Part shown: in pieces, positions 48,101-60,100 of the stretch
How the letters are laid out: each line of letters starts with the position of its first letter
Numbering within the stretch: the stretch's first letter is position 1
Source: Chiloscyllium plagiosum
Lineage: Eukaryota
Assembly: GCF_004010195.1 (NCBI RefSeq)
Contig: NC_057718.1
Location: 33,627,851 to 33,691,850 of the forward strand
Length of the DNA: 64,000 nucleotides
Direction: 5' to 3'
Translations under genes and position numbers: made by a program
The notes under the pieces: generated by a model
Told to the model about the DNA's origin: nothing
Seen by the model: only the letters and a program-made list of their open reading frames with translations
Database searches by the model: none

Positions 48101-51100
48101 GTGGTTGGTGAATAAAACTGGAAGGGACAGTTTAAAAGTAACAGTCTTGCTTTAAAACAGAGGCCACAGTTGGATCAACCATGATCTTGTTAAATGGGGG
48201 ACAATGCCCAAAAGGCCAAAATGTCTAACTCTTCCTGTAGTTTGTGTGTTCTGATGTTCAATCAAGCCTCAGTATTTTTCCAATAAGCATTTACTTATGG
48301 GGTACATCTGGCTGAATCTTATCTGTAACGTCACAATAAACAACAAATTCCTTCCAACTGTCCAACCAATTTTGTTTTGCCTCCCTTTTTCTAATTTATC
48401 TTTGAATTGTTGGCACTGATCAGAACTTCGAGTCTTTAGGGCTTTTACTTACTAACAATATTTCTTCATTATTCTGTTGTCCTTATTCTACTGCAAAATC
48501 TATTGAAACTACAGCCTCTGCTTCAGTGGAATTCAACATCTTTGGAGATGGCTACTTGTGCTGCTACTACTACTGGAATTCTTCATTGATCATTATTTAG
48601 TGTAAGAGTCACTCTCAGTCCCTCAATGAAAACTTGTTTGTTTTTCCACTCACCCATTCAGTCAGGCCTTTTTAAAGGGGATGCAGTAATGCCATGATTG
48701 GATAAACTCCAGATCTACTGGCATTACAAAAAAAATTACTTTATTGTGTTCCATGTCCAGTTTTGTCTTGTGCCTTTTTCACAGAAGGCTTGCTCACCAG
48801 CAAGGGTCCCTCATTAGGACAACACCAGTATAATGGGAGCTGGCTGATCCCATTGTGAACGGCAGTGACCACATCTGCAGCAAGTGTTGGTTTGCTGGAA
48901 GAAATCCAGATCAGAATTGATGATCTGGAATCTGAGCTTCAAACACTGCGGCACATCCGGAAGGGGGAGAGTTACCTGGACACTTTGTTTCAGGAGGCAG
49001 TCACACCTGGTAGATTAAGTAATTCAGGAACATCTAACTGTAAATGAGGCAGGTAGAGGGATTCTGAGTTCAGGAGTGGGGAAGCCTCAGCCATTGACCT
49101 TGTCCAACAGGTATGAGATTTTTGCTCCCTGTATGAATGACGATGAGCCAGCTGACCATGGTGCAGAAGGCCATTCAAGAGGGGGGAGCCAAAAGACAAG
49201 TAGTTGTTATAGGGGATTCTATAATTAGGGAGACAAATAATGAGCCAGATTGGGAGTTCCGCACAGTGTGTTGCCTGCTCGGTGCCAGGGTGCAGGACAT
49301 CTCCGATCGGCTTAAAAGTATATATTGGAGCGGGAGGGAGAAGATCCAGTTGTTATGGTGCACATTGGCACAAACAACATAGGCAAGGCTGGGAAGGAGG
49401 ACCTGTTTGAGGAGTATCAAGCACTAGGAAGGAAATTGAAGAACAGGTCCTCGAAGGTCAGAATCTCTGGATTACTGCCCAAGCCATGTGCTAATTGGCA
49501 TAGGGATAAGAAAATTAGGCAAGTAAACACGTGGCTAAGAGATTGGTGTGGGAGAGAGGAATTCCATCTCATGGGACATTGGCATCAGTTTTTGAACCGG
49601 GGCGATCTGTACCAATGGGACGGTCTCCACCTGAATCGATCTGGAACCAGTGTTCTGGCAAAAAGGATAAATAGGGTGGTCGCTAGGACTTTAAACTTGT
49701 GAGTTGGGAGGGAAGGGAAAGGGAAAGCAACAGGGAGTCTGGAATCAAGTAGAAAGATAAGCAACAGGTTAGGCATGTGTGCAGGGTTTAAATTCAAGGC
49801 AGACTAGGAATGAAGCTAAAAGGAAGGAAAATGTAGGACATATTACTGGAGATGATGGAAATCATGAGGATCAGAAAATTAGTATTAAGGTGCTTTACCT
49901 GAATGCTTGTAGTATCCGTAACAATGTAGATGAATTAACAGCACAAATCATTGTGAATTATTATGATGTGTAGGCGTCACAGAGATGTGGTTGCAGGGGT
50001 TCAGGACTGGCAGTTAAACGTCCAAGAATTTACAACTTATCGAAAAGACGGAGGTGGGCAGAGGGGGTGGGGTTGCCTTGTTAGTTAAGAATGAAATTGA
50101 ATCTATGGCACTGAATGATATAGGGTCAGATGATGCAGAGCCTGTGTGGGTGGAGTTGAGAACCACAAAGGCAAAACACCATCATGGGAGTTATGTAAAG
50201 ACCTCCCAGCAGTGGTCAGGACTAGGGGCGCAAGATGTACCAGGAAATAGGGCATGTCAGAAAGGCAAGATCACGGTGATCATGGAGGTCTTCAACATGC
50301 AGATGGACTGAGTGAATAATGTTGCCGGTGGATCCAAAGAAAGCAATTCATGGAATGCTTACAGGATGGCTTTTTGGAACAGCTTGTGATGGGGCCCACA
50401 AGGGAACAGGCTATTCTGGACTTAGTGCTATGTAATGAGCCAGACTTTATAAAAGATCTGAAAGTAAGGGAACACTTAGGAAGCAGCGATCATAATATGG
50501 TAGAGTTCAGTCTGCAGTTTGAAAGAGAGAAGGCAAAATCCGATGTAATGGTGTTACAGTTAAATAAAGGTAATTATGAGGGCATGAGAGAGGAACTGAT
50601 GAAAATCGGCTGGAAGCAGAGCCTAACGGGGAAGACAATAGGGCAACAATGGCAGGAGTTTCTAGGTGTAATTGAGGACACAGTACAGAGGTTCATCCCA
50701 AAGAAAAGAAAGATTATCCGGGGTAGGGGGCTGGTGGGATTAAACAGCATGGCTGACAAGGAAGTCAGGAAATATATCATAGAAAAAGAGAGCACCTATA
50801 AAGTGGCCAAGAGCACTGGGAAATCAGAAGATTGGGATGACTCCAAAAATGAACAGGATAACAAAGAGAAATAAGGAAGGAGGGTATCAAATATGGAGGT
50901 AAGCTAGCCAATAATATTAGAAATGACAGTAAAAGTTTCTTTCAATACAGAAGAAACAAATGAGAGGCGAAAGTAGAAATTGTGCCACTCCAAATTGATT
51001 CAGGAAGGCTCGTGATGGGAGATCAGGAAATAGCTGAAGAAATAATAACTACTTTGTGTCAGTCTTCACCAGTGGAAGACATGAATAATATCCCAACAAT

Positions 51101-54100
51101 TAAGGAGAGTGAGGGGGCAGAGCTAGTATGGTAGCCATCACAAAGGGGAAAGTGCTAGAAAAGTTAAAAGGTCTAAAAATTCATAAATCTCCTGGCCCGA
51201 ATGGGCTATATCCTAGAGTTCTGGGGAGGTCATGCCTGACGAACCTGTTGGAATTCTTTGAAGAGGTAACAAGTAGGTTAGACGAGGGAAACCCAGTGTA
51301 TGTGACCCACCTAGATTTCCAAAAGACCTTTGATAAGGTGCCTCACGGGAGGCTACTAAGTAAGATGAGGGTCCATGGTGTTCAAGGTGAGCTACTGGCA
51401 TGGATTGAGGTTTGGCTGTCTGACAGAACGCAGAGAGTTGGGATAAAAGGTGCTCTTTCAGAATGGCAGCTGGTGACAAGTGGAGTCCTGCAGGGTTAAG
51501 TGTTGGGGCTGCAGCTGTTTGCTTTATATATTTATGATCTGGATGAGGAGACTGGGGTCATTCTGGCGAAGTTCGCTGATGATACAAAGTTAGGCGGACA
51601 GGCAGGTAGTTCTGAGGAGGTGGGGAGGCTGCAGAAAGATTTAGACAGTTTTAGGAAGTGGTCCAAGAAATGGATGATGAAATTCAACGTGAGCAAATGT
51701 GAGGTCTTGCACTTTGATAAAAAGAATACAGACATAATTCATAAAGCCCAAGTACAAAGGGATCTGGGAGTGCTAGTCCAGGATTCTCTAAAGGTTGACT
51801 TGCAGGTTGAGTCCGTGGTTAAGAAAGCAAATGTAATGTTGTCATTTATCTCAAGAGGGTTGGAATATAAAAGCAGTGATGTGCTACTGAGACTTTATCA
51901 AGCTCTAGTTAGGCCCCATTTAGAATACTGTGTCCAATTTTGGGCCCCCAACCTCAGGAAGGACATACAGACACTGGAGCGTGTCCAGCAGAGATTGACA
52001 CAGATGATCCCTGGAATGGTGGGCCTAGCGTACGATGAACGGCTGAGGATCCTGGGATTGTATTCATTAAGGTTTAGAAGGTTGAAGGGACGCTAGGAAT
52101 TTGTTTCCATTAGGTGGGAATACTAGGACCCATGGGCACAGCCTTAGAATTAGAGGGATTCTGGATCAGTGGTGCTGGAAGAGCACAGCAATTCGGGCAG
52201 CATCCGTGCTGCTCGTCGGATGCTGCCTGAATTGCTGTGCTCTTCCAGCACCACTGATCCAGAATCTGGTTTCCGGCATCTGCAGTCATTGTTTTTACCT
52301 CTTAGAATTAGAGGGAGTCAATTTAGAATGGTGGGCCCGTGGAATTCGTTGCCACGGAGCGCAGTAGAGGCCAGGACGGTAAATGTCTTCAAGGCAGAGT
52401 TTGATAAATTCTTGATCTCGCTAGGAATTAAGGGCTATGAGGAGTGCGCGGGTAAGTGGGGTTGAAATGTCCATCAGCCATGATTAAATGACGGAGTGGA
52501 CTCAATGAACCGAATGGCCTGACTTCCACTCCTATGTCTTATGGTCTTAGTACGGATAAAGTGGCATACTGCAGCTGTTTCAGTGACCTCAGTGTATTGT
52601 CATCCCTGAACCTGAAACATAACTTTCATATTCTCTGGCTTTAATTCTATCTTTTTTCCTACTGAGGGAATCCAAATAACATTTTAATCAATTTGTTCAA
52701 TACATTGATGTACAGCCACTAACTAACACAACAGACTTAAATTAATCTGAGACTAATACAGTTGTTACTGACCGAAAGCTGCTTATGCTGGCACAGTTTC
52801 CTCAGACTGATCATCATCGTAGTCAAGTTTTGAATTTGTTGCATCATCAGTTGGGCAGTTCATTACATAATGATATTGGTTTTGGAGTTGCCAGTGTTGG
52901 ATTGGGGTGTATAAAGTTTAAAAATCATACAACTCCAGGTTATAGTCCAACAGGTTAATCAGGAACAGCGCTGTGAAAGCTTGTGCTTCCAAATAAACCT
53001 GTTGGGCAATAATCTGGTGTTGTGATTTTTAACTTATACTGGGTCTGATCTGAAGCACCTGCTAGCTGTTCCAATTGCACTGTGATCTGCTATAAGTACC
53101 TACCTCCTGAATTTCAAGGATGCATTAATTTGAGTCCTTCAACCTTTGTCATACTGCAGTATGTCCCACTTGCACCTTTAAGGTTACTAGCAAAGATTGC
53201 TTTCTGTCTTTCAAAATCAATTGAAAGTTTTGCCATGCCTTTAGCTACTTAATATATTATCTTTCTTGAATATGTTATGCTTAGCAATTGAGAAAATCTG
53301 AACTATCATCAATATCCAACTGATGACATCAACTCTCAAAAAAACTTCGCTTCTGATATTATTTCTGTTTGAAAGTAGTCGAAAGCAACAATACCAAGGC
53401 CTTACCTTGTTTTCTTTCAATAAGGAATTAACCTGTGTCCATATATGGACTTAACTTTTTTCATTAGCCAGTTCAGATTTAGTAAAGTAGCAGGACACTA
53501 TACCTTGACAATTTGTACTTGCCATCTGCTATTCCTCTTCAAAATAACTCTGATTACAATCTGGAAAAAATATCTTTGCTTTCATCTTAACTTTTAAGCA
53601 ACTGTTCTCTGCTGCAATGTTAAATTTCTGAAAGGCGTATGGACCGGCCGAGACCCCCCTCAAAATATTTTATGAAGGTAGCCTAGGTCCTAACTTGTTT
53701 CTATTTTAATGTTAGATGTGAAATGGGTGTTTCCTGGTGTGATGGGGGATCTGCAAATGATCAAACCACTTGGCTTTAAACAAAACATAATTTATTTAAA
53801 TATTATCGTTGAAACACAAAAACAAAAACAGAATTTAAAATAACTTAACTATTGGAAAACTTAACCAACTCAATACAGCAACGTAACCAATTAACTGTTT
53901 CAATATCTAGTAACATCCCATAAACACACCTCTTGACAAGAAGGTAAATTCAAACACAGATTCTTACAGGCAGGAGTCCAAGTCAGGAGGTAACAACAAC
54001 AAGGGAGATTTCAGAGAAAGTTAGTTAGGAATCATTTACTGAATCTTGCAAACCTACTTGCACATCTTCGTGAGTGCTATAGCTAAAAAAAAAAAGGCTA

Positions 54101-57100
54101 GGAAAACCTGAACTGAGAACTGGCCGCTCCCCTTCCATTGTTAAACTTGTTTTTAAAAAAATCTGGTTCCTTAGACTCTTTGGCATCTCTGCATTTACAA
54201 CCTCTATTCAAAACAAACAGGACAATATAACCTTTTTAAAGTGACAGTATTGTCACAGGGAATTATCAAACTAGATGCTTACTTAAGTTTTATTGTAGAA
54301 TGCACCATTACCAATGTCTGTCTCCTCCTCAAACATCGCTTTCCAGAGGTGTCTCATTGTGTTTAAGGCACTTGGTTGATGCTCTCCACTTGTATATCTT
54401 TAAACTTTATTATACGTTAACATGAATTTAACAAGTTAATGGTCAAGTAGTTTAATTTGTCATAGTGGTTTGCTCAGCACTTGCCACAGGCAAGTAGCTA
54501 CGTTCTTTTGAGATTGGTTAGCTTATTTAATACTTGGCAACCAACCAACTCTTCGTGTTAGAAATGGATGTTTGCTCATCCAGAGTACATACTGTGCATT
54601 CCCGCTTGGCTAGACCTCTGTGCTAAAGCTGATTAGCTCTGATTTTCTGAAGTTTAGTTACAGCGCAAACACTAATTTGAAGTTCCCTTTTCATGGAGGC
54701 AAGGACAATAAATAGAATGCTTGAAAGCAGAAACCGATAGTACGTATTTATTAAATAGTTACTTTGGTCTTTTGGGGAAATGTCTTTTCTGTATACTTTC
54801 TAAAATGTAAAATGCTGAAAATGAAAAGCTCTTTATTTAAGTTACGTTTCTCCTTTTGGCATGTATCACTGAGGGATGTGGCTGTACATTTTTGGCAGCA
54901 GTTGGCTTCTTGCTAATAAGGTTTTTAATAAAAACTTTGCAGAACTTTGGGACAGATAAATGTGCAATATGAAAACTATTTCAAATATGAAGGCAATTTC
55001 ATGAAGAGTTTGCTATAAAACCTAATCTATCATAACTAAAACGTAAATGTGAAACCTTAACAGATGCTTTAAACCTTCTTGTCTTAATATAGAGAAACAA
55101 TTAAGCTATACAGAAAATACTTTGGTATATAGAAAGAATACTTACTTGTTGTTTTTATTTAGTCTGTATTCACTTTTCCTTCTAATTTTTTAGTTATTAA
55201 ATACCTACTAAACTGTCTGTCAGATGAGATCAGGCAGGCTGAAAGATCATTGGTGCATACTGCAGCCTCCAACCCCTTATATGGAAGAGTCCATTGCATT
55301 ATTGGAGCTCTACAACAATTGTCACTAAAGTAAGTGATCTTTCTGTTTAACATCGACTAGGTTGCAACATTCCAAGGTCAAATGTTTTGAAGATACTAAC
55401 TTTGGTCTTGGTCTCTGGTAAACTCATTTCTGAAACATCTATATTACCTAGAATGTCAGTTCTGTAGGTAATGTTGTGATTGCAACATTGGTGGTGTACC
55501 ATGCAACATTGGCTCGAACTCTGGCATTGTGACCGCACTCTTTCCCTTGAGGTTAACATCCATGTGGGACTCCCTCGTCAGATCCACACCCCCCACCAAC
55601 CCAACCTCCACTCCCGGCACCTTCCCCTGCAACCGCAGAAGGTGCAAGACTTGCGCCCACACCTCCCCTCTCACCTCCCTCCAAGGCCCCAAAGGAAACT
55701 TCCATATCCGCCAAAGATTCACCTGTACCTCCACACATATCATCTATTGCATCCTCTGTACCCGATGTGGCCTCCTCTATATTGGGGAGACAGGCCGTAC
55801 TCAGCCTCTCCTCATAAGCCAATCCCCTCAACTCCGGAATCAACCTAGTGAACCTCCTCTGCACCCCCTCCAGTGCCAGTACATCCTTTCTTAATTAAGG
55901 AAACTAAATCTGCACACAGTACTCCAGGTCTGTCCTATCACCCTCACCTTGACCTTTTTCCACCTATCACATTTCCGACGCCCCTCCCCCAAGTCCCTCC
56001 TCCCTATCTTTTATCTTAGCCTGCTGGACAAACTTTCCTCATTCCTGAAGAAGGGCTAATGCCCGAAACGTCGATTCTCCTGTTCCCTAGATGCTGCCTG
56101 ACCTGCTGCGCTTCTCCAGCAACACATTTCCATGTCTGCTATTGTTGTAATGCATATTTAAATATATAATTTAGTTATATATTATCCAAAGAGCCCAATT
56201 TAACATTTAAATTCAAATTACACTTGAATTGAAGAGAGCTGATTGTATATCTGACACTTGGATGACCATCCTTAAATTAACCTTAACCTTAACTTGTTTA
56301 ATATAACCATTTAGTAATAACCAGTTTGCTTACACACTATGTTGTTATTTATATTAATAGTGGTTTTAATGTCTTTTTTAGGTCAGTATCAAAAGTAGCA
56401 GAGTGGAGGGAGACTGTAGCAACATTGATTTTAATGGCCTTCCATCTGTCTGCAGTTGTATCTCCTATTTGTCAAAGTTCCTCACCAGAAGGACTAATTC
56501 CAATGGATACAGACCTTGGTAAGACATTACATTTTAAAATCTGCAGGATAGTGCAGCAGAATGTTACTAGAATGTTGTTGACAGCATTGAACTTTAATTG
56601 AATGTAGGATCTCTTTTTTGCTTTTTAAGCTTAATTTAAGGTGAATTTAAGACCATAAGAAATAGGAACAGGAGTAGGCTGTTCAACCCTTCGAACCTGT
56701 TCAGCCTTTCAATAGGATCAGGGCTGACCCGACATTCCTCATGTCCACTTTCCCATCCTCTTCCTGGACCCTCGATTTCTCCCACTGTTCAAGAATCTGC
56801 CAACTCGGCCTTGAATATACACCAGAGCTCTGCCTCCACAGTTGTCTGTGGCAAGGAGTTCCAATAGCTTGCAACTCTGAGAAGTAATTCCTCCTCATCT
56901 CAGTCTTAAATTGGCACCCTTGTATTCTGTTACTATGCCGTTTGGTCCTGGACTCTCCCAGAAGGGGAAATGTCCTCTCAGCATTTACCCTGTCAAGAAC
57001 CTTAAGCATCCTATATGTTTCAATGAGATCATCTCTCATTCTTCTAAACTTCAGTGAGTAGAATCCCAATCTGTTTAGTCTTTGCTGGTAAGACACTCCC

Positions 57101-60100
57101 TCCATACCAGGAATTGTCTTCGTGAGCCTTCTCTGAATTGCCTCCAATTAAATGATATCTTTCCTTGAAAAGAAGGACCAAAATTGCTTACAGAACTCGA
57201 GATATAGTCTCTCCAGTATCTTGTGCAATTGTAGCAAGACTGCCCTACTCTTGTACTCCAACTGTCTTGAAATAAAGGCCAACATTTCATTAGCCCTCCT
57301 GATTACCTGCTTCACCTGTATGCTACCTTTCTGTGTTTCATCCAGGAGTACCCAAAGTCTCTCTTGTTGCAGTGTTAGTTATAGTTTTTCTCCATTTAAA
57401 TAATAATCTGTTCTTTTTGTTTTCCCTTTCAAAAGAACAATTTCACATTTTCCCAAATTATACTCCACTTGTCAACTTTTTGCCCACTTGGTTAACCTAT
57501 TAATATTTTTTGTAAACTGTTTGTTTTCCTCTCACAACCTGCCTTTCCATGTATTTTTTGTGTCGGCTGCAAATTTGGGTACTCTGTATTCACTTCCTCC
57601 AAGTCATTAATGAATATTGCAAGCAGTTACATTCCTTACACTGACGTCTGTGGAACCCCACTGGTCACGGGTCGTGTTGTTGTTCATGCCCATTAGCCAA
57701 TTCTCTATTTGTGCCAATGTGCAGGATTCTATGTTTTGTAGAGTAACTTCACGTTTCTTTGGAATTGCTTGAAGCCTCACATTAAGAGGCCTTAAATTGG
57801 AAATTTGCCATCCAAGGGCTTGCATGTCCTTTTTCGTGTTCTTATTTTCCTTTGTTGCTGTTTTACTCTTGATACCTTTGTTTCCAGATTTAATACAGTT
57901 CAACTTTGAATTAATCACACTCTGTTACAACACTTTCAAATCTGTTAAATCTGTAATATTGTCCTTCAAACAGGGTGAATGGATTGAGTGAAATCTGTGA
58001 ACATAATATTTTTGACACTTGACAAATATTGTGGATACTTTTAATACTCCTAAAGTACAGAAATGGAATCGATCAGTTCTTCCTTTCTCCAATTAACACA
58101 ATACTGGAGTTCAGTCCCGTCTAGAACAAAGCAATCCACCTTGTCAGCATTTCATCCAGTAACATTAAATATAGACTTCCCGCACTAGCAGCAATAGTGT
58201 GTTCTGTCTGCAGTGTATCATTGAGTCTTCTGCAGTAGCACCTCCAAAGTCCACAGATTGTGCCATCTAGTAGAGAGATGGTGATGTAGTGGCACTGTCA
58301 CTGGACTAGTAGTCCAGAGGCCCCAGCTAACACTCTGGTGATACCTGTTCAAATCCAGCCATGGCAGAAGATGGAATATGCATTCCGTTTATATTATTAG
58401 GAATTGAAGGTTATTCTCAGTAGTGTAAGTCATGTTTTAGGGAAGGAAATTGCCAGCTTTACCTGGTCTGGCCTACGTTTGTACCACTAAAATAAGTCAA
58501 ATCAAAACTTGGAGCAATCAAGGTACTGAGGTACAAATTGAAATATTCCATTTGTTTCATGTGTTACAGGCGATGTTCCCTCCTAAGCTGTCCAGCTGCT
58601 CAGATTGACATGTGCAGAATCCCCATGTGCCAGTGAATTGATATCAGTCCTGGAAATCACTACTGTGCATAGACTTTGAGGTCCTCATGGCAGCAGGAAA
58701 TGTTACAGGGAACGTAGGTTGCAGGGATATAACATTTAGTTTTGGGGAACTTGGATTTTTAAATTCAAGATTATGTGGAAAAAGTTGGATTTGAACACTG
58801 GCAGATACCCTTGTGACATTTCCCATTCAAAGGATATTCCAGACATTTTTAAAAATGGTGTTCGAAGATACTACTATACACTTCTGGAGCAAGTACGGCT
58901 TGCTGGCTCAGAGGTAGGGATGCTGCCACTACATCATCACAACAGCATTCACAAAAACATTCTATGTTTAGTTAAAAAGTTCAGAAATAGTGTGAAACCA
59001 CTAACCAATAGGTAATCTCTTTCCATGTTGCTTGATAAAGACAATATATCTGTAGTTACTTTTATTATCAGTTTAAATTATCCATGTGGATCCCAGAGGA
59101 AAGAGGCATTTGAAAGCAAAGGGTAAACAAGTAAAAATTGAAATATCTATATACTTCTCTGACCAAAGAAAAAGTTTGGGAATTGCAGGTGATTAATTGA
59201 AATCTATATTTGCGCGATCATAGATGTGCTGTTGCCATGGAGGTTGATAGCAGGAAGAAAGTCTTATGTTGGAGGTTTATCTGTGTGTTTTTCTGACAGA
59301 AGTAGTTGATTTCTTGAAAGACAATGTGAAGCTGTTGTGTATTTGCCAGAAGCCAGAACGAGGAGTGTAAAGATCATTAGGAACCAAGGATATTCTTGGA
59401 TCCAAAGTCACTCATAAGGAATTGAGAGTGGGCCCATACTCTCCAAGAATTTCAAAATTAATGAGGAATTAAAATGATTAGCTTTGCTTGATAAAGTTTA
59501 TGGAAAAGATAGTGGTGTCCTGACAGAAAGTCTAAGCAACAGACTGGAAAGCTGAGGAGTGTCATGGTGAATTGTTGAAAACCATGTCGTATCTTGGTTT
59601 GTGTGAAGTAAAAGAACCCTTAAAATCCTGGAAATTATCTGGGAACTCTCAAGTTTTACAAAATGCCTATATAAAGAGAGAGAGTTAAATTATTATACCT
59701 TTATTTAATTTTTTTTTACAATAGGAGTTTTTGTTTAAAATGCGAAATTTGTACTGAAGTTCTTTCAGCTGACAACACAGAACAGTACAGCCGAGGAACA
59801 GGCCCTTTACCCCACCATGTCTGTATTCACTATGATGCCAACTCTGTCTCCCTTACCTGTTTATGTCTGTTTAAATGCCTCTTCTGCATTGTTATCACAT
59901 TCGCTATCAGCGCATTCCACCCCTACCACCCTGTGTGGAAAAAAAAACTTGCCTTTCACATCTTTTAAATATCGCTCTCTCTCATCTTAAACACTTGCTG
60001 CCTAGAATTTTACATTTCCAAAATGTGAAAAAGACTCCCTGGCTATCCACCAAATCCGTGCCCCTCATAATTTTATATACTACTTTCAGGACAACGAGAA

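Noticed and set aside
58570..59015. Exon-like segment (acag at 58567-58570, ORF 58773..59015)
   Set aside because: No THADA similarity, and the flanking exons join in frame without it. Part of it resembles a decayed repeat.
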